The position numbers and the translations under genes were made by a program. Under the pieces are notes generated by a model. The model searched no databases and had not been told where the DNA came from. It saw only the letters and a program-made list of their open reading frames with translations. Source: Octopus sinensis (lineage: Eukaryota). From it: a stretch of 64,000 bases of DNA. Where the stretch lies: the NCBI RefSeq assembly GCF_006345805.1, contig NC_043019.1, forward strand, positions 16,057,360 through 16,121,359. Direction: 5' to 3'. How positions within the stretch are numbered: the stretch's first letter is position 1; each line of letters starts with the position of its first letter. Shown in pieces: positions 50,854 through 61,422 of the stretch.

Positions 50854-53660
50854 GGTACTTGTCTATTGTCGTGGTGCCGGTTTCGCGCGCGCGCCAGACG
50901 TAGGTACTCGAGATCCTACGAGGTGACTTGCGCATGCGCAGTGCAGAATTCGCGCATGCGAGTTAACCTCCCCCCCCCAAAAAAAAAAGGTTTTGGATTT
51001 CACTAAAAATGTGTGTGTGTGTGTGTGTGTATATATAACATTTTCAATTTTACACAAAAAAATTACATAGTCGCTTTCCTCGCGGATTTACAGATAAATG
51101 AATTACAGAATAAAATTAATGAATTAATTATATAAATTAAATAATTCTTGAAAATTAATTAATATAATAATATTTTTTGAACAAAGTAAATAATTTATAA
51201 AACTTGGTTAATAATTTTTTTACACAAACGCGAACGTATATAATTTGTGAAACTTTTTTTTTTTTACAGACGTATATAATTTGGTAAACTTAATGAATTA
51301 ATTTCTTCTCATCATCATCATCGTTTAACGTCCGTTCTCCATGCCAGCATGGGTTGGACGGTTCGACCGGGGATCTGGGAAGCCAGAAGGCTGCACCAGA
51401 CTCCAGTCTTATCTGGCAATGTTTCTACAACTGGATGCCCTTCCTAACGCCAACCACTCCGAGAGTGTAGTGGGTGCTTTTTACATGCCACCCGCACAGG
51501 TGCCAGGCGAGGCTGGCAACGGCCACGGTCGGATTGGTGCCAGTCGAAGCGGCTCTGGCATCGGCCACGATCGGATAGTGCTTTTTACGTACCACCAGTC
51601 CAGGGGTCCTGGCATTTGCCGGGTGTCACACTTGCCCCAACATGTCTTCGCAAGCAAAGGGCTTTGGCATGGGTGCCTGTCGTGGGATGAGGTTCGATAT
51701 CAACTTCGCTTGCCTCAACAGGTCTTTGTGTATAAATGTATAAATTTTTCGCACTAAATTCTTTCCGTAGAATTTATCAAATTAAAAAACGCAAAATTAA
51801 TATATTTTTTGAAATTGCAAATTATTTAGAATATAAAACAAATGAAGTTAAATTTTAAAAATAAATGTCATATACTTACTCTGTAAGGTGCTGTGTTCAC
51901 ACTTCAATTTACTATTTTCTAGAAATGTTGCTTTCTAATTGAAACAATTTTTCTCAATCTCCATTTAAAAGTCCATCATGTCTCTTGAGACATATCAAAA
52001 TGAACAACTTTGAATTACGCGGCGGCGGTGGTGGTGTGAGGTTCTAATTTTTTTTTCTGATCTCTCTTTGCCCCCCTAGATGGAGGTGTGGTGGGGAGAC
52101 AGATGAAAGATGTTTCATTCTCTACTATATATGTATATATATATATATCTATATATATATATATATCTATATATATATATTTCTTAAACCTACACGATAT
52201 AGTCTATAAATTTGGGATGTTTTTGAAAGATAATATATTTTGTCATCAGAATATATATACTTTCTCACACTACAATTAAGATATATTATTTTAAATCGTT
52301 CATCTTTTCCCGCGACAACAAAAATTGGGCGCGAAAATTTTTCTAAATATTAGCGGAATGAACAACTGAGATAAAGAGGGGGGCAAAGAGAGATCAGAAA
52401 AAAAATTAGAACCTCACACACCACCACCACCGCCGCCGCCGCGTAATTCAAAGTTGTTCATTTTGATATGTCTCAAGAGACATGATGGACTTTTAAATGG
52501 AGATTGAGAAAAATTGTTCAATTAGAAAAGCAACATTTCTAGAAAATAGTAAATTGAAGTGTGAACACAGCACCTTACAGAGTATAAGTATATGACATTT
52601 ATTTTTAAAATTTAACTTCATTTGTTTTATATTCTAAATAATTTGCAATTTCAAAAAATATAATTGCGTTTTTTTTAATTTGATAAATTCTACGGAATAA
52701 TTTTGCGCGTTTTTTGATAAATTCTACGGAAAGAATTTAGTGCGAAAAATTTATACATATACACAAAGACCTGTTGAGGCAAGCGAAGTTGATATCGAAC
52801 CTCATCCCACGACAGGCACCCATGCCAACCCCCTTTGCTTGCGAAGACATGTTGGGGCAAGTGTGACACCCGGCAAATGCCAGGACCCCTGGACTGGTGG
52901 TACGTAAAAAGCACTATCCGAATCGTGGCCGATGCCAGAGCAGCCGCCTCGACTGGCACCAATCCGACCGTGGCCGTTGCCAGCCTCGCCTGGCACCTGT
53001 GCGGGTGGCATGTAAAAAGCACCCACTACACTCTCGGAGTGGTTGGCGTTAGGAAGGGCATCCAGCTGTAGAAACATTGCCAGATAAGACTGGAGTCTGG
53101 TGCAGCCTTCTGGCTTCCCAGATCCCCGGTCGAACCGTCCAACCCATGCTGGCATGGAGAACGGACGTTAAACGATGATGATGATGAGAAGAAATTAATT
53201 CATTAAGTTTACCAAATTATATACGTCTGTAAAAAAAAAAAAAAGTTTCACAAATTATATACGTTCGCGTTTGTGTAAAAAAAATTATTAACCAAGTTTT
53301 ATAAATTATTTACTTTGTTCAAAAAATATTAATATTAATTAATTTTCAAGAATTATTAATTTATATAATAATTCATTAATTTTATTCTGTAAAATAGTAA
53401 TTAATTCATTTATCTGTAAATCCGCGAGGAAAGCGACTATGTAATTTTTTTGTGTTGTAAATTGAAAATGTTATATAAACACACACACACACATATTTTT
53501 AGTGAAATCCAACACCTTTTTTTTTAGGGGGGGTTAACGCGCATGCGCGAATTCTGCACTGCGCATGCGCAAGTCACCTCGTAGGATATCGAGTACGTAC
53601 GTCTGGCGCGCGCGCGAATTCGCGTGTGCGAAACCGGGACCACGACAATAGACAAGTACC
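50854..53660. mobile_element. Palindromic Merlin-type element B (arms ~1.22/1.28 kb, spacer ~300 bp)
   Basis: 8-bp TSD CATATATA. Arms 50854-52077 and 52377-53660 each carry a family 3 SINE. Confidence 0.88.
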
Positions 53661-53706
53661 CATATATATATAATATATATATATATACACGTGTTGTGTG
53701 CAGTTA

Positions 53707-54541
53707 AGCGTGCCTTATATGTATGTAAACATATAAACTATGAATGGAAATAAATGGCAAATGATATTTTAATATTAAAATCTTCCGTTTTTATGATAGT
53801 TCATCGGAATAAGAATATTTTATTTACTTTAACCTACATCAATTATTTGGCCTTGCCTTTTATAATTGCTTTGCTTTAGCTTAAATGGAATCGACCCAGA
53901 TACAGTGTTAAACACTTTTTAACGTCAGGGTAAAATACTTTTCTATTTCGTTTTTCGTGTGTTGAAGCATATACTGTTGTGTCTGGGGAGAGTCATTTTC
54001 TTTTTGAGCCTTATAATTTAATACGCTAACCGGGAAAATTTCCACTTATTTTTATTTTCCTAAAATTTTCGTTGCGTCTTGCAACCTTTTCAATAGTCTT
54101 GACTCTTATTCTATGTATTCACATATATGAAAATGAAGTAGTTCATTTTCATCTATGTGAATACATATTTGAAAAGGTTGCAAGACGCAACGAAAATTTT
54201 AGGAAAATAAAAGTGGAAATTTTCCCGGTTAGCGTATTAAATTATAAGGCTCAAAAAGAAAATGACTCTCCCCAGACACAACAGTATATGCTTCAACACA
54301 CGAAAAACGAAATAGAAAAGTATTTTACCCTGACGTTAAAAAGTGTATCTGAGTCGATTCCATTTAAGCTAAAGCAAAGCAATTATAAAAGGCAAGGCCA
54401 AATAATTGATGTAGGTTAAAGTAAATAAAATATTCTTATTCCGACGAACTATCATAAAAACGGAAGATTTTAATATTAAAATATCATTTGCTATATATTT
54501 CCATTCATAGTTTATATGTTTACATACATATAAGGCACGCT
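53707..54541. mobile_element. TA-flanked foldback element with ~385-bp arms and a central hairpin
   Basis: TA|AGCGTGCCTTAT ... ATAAGGCACGCT|TA. Arms are ~53707-54092 and ~54170-54541, with an inner hairpin at 54111-54168. Confidence 0.85.
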
Positions 54542-55124
54542 TAGTCATATAGTACAATTAGCTCAACTGTGTTTTACAGTTAATGTTTACAATATTTGTA
54601 AACATTTTGTATTCTTTGAAATTATTTGCACTCTTAATTGATATTCATAATCCAGTAAAATGAACCCAGAGTTAGAAATTCAGAAGACTTAACGGGATAT
54701 TTCATACAAAGAGTTCGTTGATATTTATAACTTGATGCGCTTAGCCAAAACTTCAATTATACCTGAGAGCTATTACGGTACCCGCGTGGATTTAATAACG
54801 ATAATATAAACTTGTGTTTGTGATTATTATTCTTATTATTAATTATTATTATCATCATTATTATCATAACAAGGTAACGCCGTTAGTAGGATAGGTAAGA
54901 GAAGAAGATGAAAAGAAATAAATTAAACAGAACACAATAAAATAAAACGGGAATAAGTTGAGAAATATATGCACGCACGTGTTTCTAAGGTATTCGTGAG
55001 AGAAAGATAAATAGGGTGGTTATTAATAATTGTAATTAAAGAATGAAACACGTGCACTATATATATATATATATATATATCATAAGCCGGGGTGTATAAA
55101 AAGAGAAGAATGGAATCTACAAAC

Positions 55125-55262
55125 CTTCATATCTTTTATAGCATGCCAAGCATCGTCTGTATTCTTGAGTGTTATATAATCGAAGCTTTCTGGCAACAAG
55201 GTTTGATCCAAGATCTTTAAGCTGCCTCGCTGGTACTTGATCGCTTCCAGCAGGTTTGCCAT
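55125..55262 (-). CDS. MRI1: MRI1 exon 1 (start codon)
   Basis: MANLLEAIKYQRGSLKILDQTLLP..DAWHAIKDMK|gt. The five exons sum to 1110 nt = 369 aa + stop. Confidence 0.93.
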
Positions 55263-55431
55263 TTCGCACGCAAATAAAACGAATTTGGTGCGAAGCGAAG
55301 GGCGGATAACTCTATATTCTTGTTGAGATGAACAGCAAGGAGGAGGATAAAACGGAACTTTAATGACTTCTCAATCCTTTTATGTTATCCTTGTAACTTC
55401 TTCCGTTTTTAAATATGTATAAGAATGTGTG

Positions 55432-58304
55432 GGTACTTGTCTATTGTCGTGGTCCCGGTTTCTCACACGCGAATTCGCGCGCGCCAGACGTAGGTACTCG
55501 ATACTCGAGATCCTACGAGGTGACTTGCGCATGCGCAGTGCAGAATTCGCGCATGCGCGTTACCCCCCCCCCCCCAAAAAAAAAAGGTGTTGGATTTCAC
55601 TAAAAATATATATGTGTGTGTGTGTGTGTGTATATATAACATTTTCAATTTTACACAAAAAAATTACATAGTCGCTTTCCTCGCGGATTTACAGATAAAT
55701 GAATTAATTACTATTTTACAGAATAAAATTAATGAATTAATTATATAAATTAAATAATTCTTGAAAATTAATTAATATTAATAATATTTTTTGAACAAAG
55801 TAAATAATTTATAAAACTTGGTTAATAATTTTTTTTACACAAACGCGAACGTATATAATTTGTGAAACTTTTTTTTTTTTTTACAGACGTATATAATTTG
55901 GTAAACTTAATGAATTAATTTCTTCTCATCATCATCATCGTTTAACGTCCGTTCTCCATGCCAGCATGGGTTGGACGGTTCGACCGGGGATCTGGGAAGC
56001 CAGAAGGCTGCACCAGACTCCAGTCTTATCTGGCAATGTTTCTACAGCTGGATGCCCTTCCTAACGCCAACCACTCCGAGAGTGTAGTGGGTGCTTTTTA
56101 CATGCCACCCGCACAGGTGCCAGGCGAGGCTGGCAACGGCCACGGTCGGATTGGTGCCAGTCGAGGCGGCTCTGGCATCGGCCACGATTCGGATAGTGCT
56201 TTTTACGTACCACCAGTCCAGGGGTCCTGGCATTTGCCGGGTGTCACACTTGCCCCAACATGTCTTCGCAAGCAAAGGGGGTTGGCATGGGTGCCTGTCG
56301 TGGGATGAGGTTCGATATCAACTTCGCTTGCCTCAACAGGTCTTTGTGTATAAATGTATAAATTTTTCGCACTAAATTCTTTCCGTAGAATTTATCAAAA
56401 AACGCGCAAAATTATTCCGTAGAATTTATCAAATTAAAAAACGCAAAATTAATATATTTTTTGAAATTGCAAATTATTTAGAATATAAAACAAATGAAGT
56501 TAAATTTTAAAAATAAATGTCATATACTTATACTCTGTAAGGTGCTGTGTTCACACTTCAATTTACTATTTTCTAGAAATGTTGCTTTTCTAATTGAAAC
56601 AATTTTTCTCAATCTCCATTTAAAAGTCCACCATGTCTCTTGAGACATATCAAAATGAACAACTTTGAATTACGCGGCGGCGGTGGTGGTGGTGGTGGTG
56701 TGAGGTTCTAATTTTTTTTCTGATCTCTCTTTGCCCCCCTAGATGGAGGTGTGGTGGGGAGACAGATGAAAGATGTTTCATTCTCTTATATATATATATA
56801 TATTTCTTAAACCTACACGATATAGTCTATAAATTTGGGATGTTTTTGAAAGATAATATATTTTGTCATCAGAATATATATACTTTCTCACACTACAATT
56901 AAGATATATTTATTTTAAATCGTTCATCTTTTCCCGCGACAACAAAAATTGGGCGCGAAAACTTTTCTAAATATTAGCGGAATGAACAACTGAGATAAAG
57001 AGGGGGCAAAGAGAGATCAGAAAAAAAATTAGAACCTCACACCACCACCGCCGCCGCGTAATTCAAAGTTGTTCATTTTGATATGTCTCAAGAGGCATTA
57101 TGGACTTTTAAATGGAGATTGAGAAAAATTGTTTCAATTAGAAAAGCAACATTTCTAGAAAATAGTAAATTGAAGTGTGAACACAGCACCTTACAGAGTA
57201 TAAGTATATGACATTTATTTTTAAAATTTAACTTCATTTGTTTTATATTCTAAATAATTTGCAATTTCAAAAAATATATTAATTTTGCGTTTTTTAATTT
57301 GATAAATTCTACGGAATAATTTTGCGCGTTTTTTGATAAATTCTACGGAAAGAATTTAGTGCGAAAAATTTATACATTTATACACAAAGACCTGTTGAGG
57401 CAAGCGAAGTTGATATCGAACCTCATCCCACGACAGGCACCCATGCCAACCCCCTTTGCTTGCGAAGACATGTTGGGGCAAGTGTGACACCCGGCAAATG
57501 CCAGGACCCCTGGACTGGTGGTACGTAAAAAGCACTATCCGAATCGTGGCCGATGCCAGAGCCGCCTCGACTGGCACCAATCCGACCGTGGCCGTTGCCA
57601 GCCTCGCCTGGCACCTGTGCGGGTGGCATGTAAAAAGCACCCACTACACTCTCGGAGTGGTTGGCGTTAGGAAGGGCATCCAGCTGTAGAAACATTGCCA
57701 GATAAGACTGGAGTCTGGTGCAGCCTTCTGGCTTCCCAGATCCCCGGTCGAACCGTCCAACCCATGCTGGCATGGAGAACGGACGTTAAACGATGATGAT
57801 GATGAGAAGAAATTAATTCATTAAGTTTACCAAATTATATACGTCTGTAAAAAAAAAAAAAGTTTCACAAATTATATACGTTCGCGTTTGTGTAAAAAAA
57901 ATTATTAACCAAGTTTTATAAATTATTTACTTTGTTCAAAAAATATTATTAATATTAATTAATTTTCAAGAATTATTTAATTTATATAATTAATTTTATT
58001 CTGTAAAATAGTAATTAATTCATTTATCTGTAAATCCGCGAGGAAAGCGACTATGTAATTTTTTTGTGTAAAATTGAAAATGTTATATATACACACACAA
58101 CACACACACACACACACACATATATATTTTTAGTGAAATCCAACACCTTTTTTTTAGGGGGGGGGGGTAACGCGCATGCGCGAATTCTGCACTGCGCATG
58201 CGCAAGTCACCTCGTAGGATCTCGAGTATCGAGTACCTACGTCTGGCGCGCGCGCGCGCGAATTCGCGTGTGAGAAACCGGGACCACGACAATAGACAAG
58301 TACC
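55432..58304. mobile_element. Palindromic Merlin-type element C (arms ~1.3 kb, spacer 260 bp)
   Basis: 9-bp TSD GAATGTGTG. Arms 55432-56740 and 57001-58304 each carry a family 3 SINE; the spacer is homologous to that of element B. Confidence 0.9.
55526..55559. promoter_or_regulatory. Two NRF1/EWG-type motifs inside the arm of element C, upstream of MRI1
   Basis: TGCGCATGCGCA at 55526-55537 and CGCGCATGCGCG at 55548-55559; motif match only. Confidence 0.3.
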
Positions 58305-58335
58305 GAATGTGTGTCCGTCCCCTACATGTCTTTTG

Positions 58336-58450
58336 GGTACTACTTGAGATCAGTGGTCCCGGTGCGCGCACTCGCGTAGTCGCGCATCCGCGCTAGCTAG
58401 TCGTGACTAGTCGATCCTTACTTTGTGGTTTTGTGTTTCATTTACTTCGT
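58336..58450. mobile_element. Isolated Merlin-type terminus
   Basis: GGTACTACTTGAGATCAGTGGTCCCGGTGCGCGC; homologous to 37720-37807. Confidence 0.65.
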
Positions 58451-58615
58451 TTTAAAAAAATTATTTATTTTGTGTTATTGTGTGTTTCCTCGTCAATCAT
58501 CTAGTGTGAAAGATTTCCCGCTCATTTTGACAAGCAACAAGCCGGTGGATTTGGTTAGGTAGGGTCAAGCTAGACCCTACCTCCATATTTACACACACAT
58601 ATATTTATCTCTATA

Positions 58616-58996
58616 CTAGCAGTATCGCCCGGCGTTGCTCAGGTTTGTAAGGGAAATAACTATAAAGCATTTTTAGAGAGTTATAGCCAAAAAATAGCAA
58701 AAAAATGGAAAAAAATGATGGTAATTTTTTTTTGAGAGTTAAAAAATGTCGAGTTGCGTCACCTAGACAGTCTGTGGTTTGTGTTTCTGATTCTCGACCC
58801 CATGTCGAATTTATCGATTTTTTCAGAACTGGGGGAACTTTTCAAAATTTTCGCTGCGTTAGTTTTGAATTATGTCATTGGGCTATGTGTGTGTCAAGTT
58901 TCATCAGAATCGGTTGAAAGCCGTGGTCAGGGTGAGGGTACAACCAAACAGACACACAGAAACACACACACACAAACTGCCGTTTATATAGAGAGA
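58616..58996 (-). mobile_element. 381-bp non-autonomous Helitron nested in the 5' end of unit 1
   Basis: On the minus strand: A|TCTCTCTATATAAACGGCAG ... CCTGAGCAACGCCGGGCGATACTGCTAG|T; same family as 46416. Confidence 0.85.
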
Positions 58997-59401
58997 TATA
59001 TAAAACTGAAATGCGTTTTTACCGCTTGGATCGCTTTCAATGCCTCTACATCCCGTCCGATTCGCTCCAAAATTTACAGGGACATGTAGAATGAGGTGAC
59101 GATGCGCGTGGGCTACCTTAGAAATCCCTACCTTAAAAGGTGTGGTTGCTAGGGGCATCTTCCTCACTCACCCTATTTCCTCCAGTACCCTCTCACTCCT
59201 CTTCATTTGACAATGCCACTACGGTTATTTAATGTAAAGTCTTCCTCAAATCACTCTCTCGCTATTTCCTCTCTTCCAAGAACATTTTCACTCACTCTAT
59301 CTCTTAGCTTCCCATACATTTTACTCATGTATCTATCTGCGTTCATAGACAGAAACAAATATTACATCGCCATCGCCATCGCATTCTATTGTCTACCTGT
59401 C

Positions 59402-59447
<46 letters not shown>

Positions 59448-59564
59448 TATATCTAATATTATATTTTTATTTTTATGTTTTTGTTTTTGGTATTTTACTG
59501 TTTCATTTCCCTATTAGTGGTTTTATCTCTAATTTAATTTCTACAGCGTGCACACACACACACA

Positions 59565-59595
<31 letters not shown>

Positions 59596-60200
59596 CCTAT
59601 ATGTGGCCCCAGTACACCCGAATGAAATCGGGTTCTCTTCATCAAAATGTGAAAAGGGGTCTACAATTATCATCGCCACAACTTATGTATGTCTTCCTCA
59701 CTCACTCACTCTTTTTCCTAATGATAATTATCATCGCCACCACCAACACCACCAACACACAATCATGACAATCTTTCTCTTAAAACAAATCATGTTTACA
59801 TTGCAAAATATTTCATTTTCCCGTCCTCTCTTTCATATATCACCTTTTCTTTCTCGAGCTCTCTCTTTTTTCGCCGTCTTTATTTAATCTACAAACGAGT
59901 CTATCAATGACAGCCGCAAAAGTTTCAATATTCCTACTTCACCTCTTTCAGAAACGCAACAGATATTTTTTTTTTGCCGGGGTTAAAGCCCACTACATCC
60001 CGTCGGATTCACTCCAAAATTTACACCTTCTCTTTCTACCTCTAACTCCCATTCAATTTCTCTTTATCTCCATTCTTAAAGATAATTATCATCGCCACCA
60101 CCACCATCAACACACAATCTGGACAATCTTTCTCTTATAACAAATCATGTTTACATTGCAACGACGTCTGCCACCTCCGCCGTCTCTATTTATTCTGCAA

Positions 60201-60356
60201 ATGACCAGAACTCGGGAAACTTGGTTTAGTGTTCTATGGTCTATGACCAGAACTCGGGAAACTTGGTTGAGTGTTCTATGGTCTATGACCAGAACTCGGG
60301 AAACTTGCTTGACTGTTCTATGGTCTATGACCAGAACTTGGGAAACTTGGTTGAGT
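60201..60356. repeat. 42-bp tandem repeat (~3.7 copies) within Helitron unit 1
   Basis: ATGACCAGAACTCGGGAAACTTGGTTGAGTGTTCTATGGTCT. Confidence 0.9.
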
Positions 60357-61044
60357 CCTCATCTTATAAAATGTGGCCCCAGTAGACCCAAATGAAATCG
60401 GGTTATATTAACCAAAAGGTGAAAAGGGGTATAAATGGGGCTGGAAGGGGATTAAAATTTAAAAGAGCGGGTGTTTAGCAATTCTCTGTTACATCAAGCT
60501 AAAAAATTTGCGCCAGCCTTTTAATCGTCAATGTGTTGCCGTCCATGATGAAGAAGTTTTGAATGCTTGTCATCGTGAGTCTACTGTCGTGAGAAAGAAT
60601 CAAGTCAAAACTTGGTTTTTAGGGATTTTCTTTTACATCAAGTTCAAAATTTTACGCCAGCCGTTGAACTGTCAATACGTTGCTGTCCGTCGTTAAGAAA
60701 TGCCAGCCATGGTGACTCTACTATCCTCAAATTCTATCCCTTCAAACTTTGGTTTCCAATATTTTATTATTTTTATTCAGCTCGCAAGTTCGTCTGTCCC
60801 TTTTAAATGTTAGTGTTTTGCTGTCTGTCTTGAAGCAGACCTTTCCTTTGTAACTGCCTGATATTTATGATTGATCTTTCTAAATATTTTATTTCTCAAC
60901 TTACTCAAGATCTTTTGTTGTTTATAAATGGGAGAGAGATACATAAAGATAGAGAGTAAGAGAAAGCGAGGGAGAGTCCGAGAGAAAGGAAGAGTAAGAG
61001 AGTGGGAAAGTGAGAGAGAAAGGAGAAAGAAACAAAGAGGGAGA

Positions 61045-61355
61045 ATCATCATCATCATCATCATCGTTAACGTCCGTTTTCCGTACTAGCACGGGTTGGA
61101 CAGTTTGACAGGGGTCTGGGAAGCCAGGAGGCTGCACCAGGCCAGTCTGATCTGGCAGTGTTTCGACAGGTGGATGCCCTTCCTAACGCCAACCACTCTG
61201 TGAGCGTAGTGGATGCTTTTTTCGTGCCGCTTGCACAGGTGCCAGGGGGCTGGCAGCGGCCACGATCGGTTGGTGCTTTTTACGTGCCACCAGCACAGAA
61301 GCCAGTCAAGGCGGCGCTGCAATCCGCCACGTTCGGATGGTGCTTTTTACGTGCT
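61045..61355 (-). mobile_element. SINE, family 3
   Basis: (CAT)n followed by CGTTAACGTCCGTTTTCC..GGATGCCCTTCCTAACGCCAACCAC. Confidence 0.75.
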
Positions 61356-61422
61356 GAAAGGAAACAACAGAAAGTAACAACCACACTCTTACCCGCGCGT
61401 AGAGCGGGTCACCTTCAGCTAG

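Larger units (their letters stand above)
50659..54697. mobile_element. TA-flanked MITE with ~160-bp TIRs, expanded by two nested insertions
   Basis: TA|TCCCGCTAAGTC ... GACTTAACGGGA|TA. 50659-50818 mirrors 53698-53706 plus 54542-54697. Confidence 0.8.
58608..61422 (+). mobile_element. Non-autonomous Helitron unit 1
   Basis: The 5' end A|TCTCTATA..TATAAAACTG is split by a nested element. 58997-59831 is near-identical to 61427-62231. The 3' hairpin CCCGC-gcgtaga-GCGGG is followed by CTAG at 61419-61422. Confidence 0.7.

Noticed and set aside
54072-54419. 115-aa ORF
   Set aside because: It spans the centre and arm of a foldback element and shows no recognisable homology.
48219-57773. Recurrent ORFs MPAWVGRFDRGSGKPEG... 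at 48219, 51341, 52802, 55958 and 57423
   Set aside because: They are chance frames within SINE copies; their ends vary with indels.
47574-58304. Palindromes as amplification or assembly chimeras
   Set aside because: Each has its own exact flanking TSD, and the arms differ by small indels. Long-read confirmation is still desirable.
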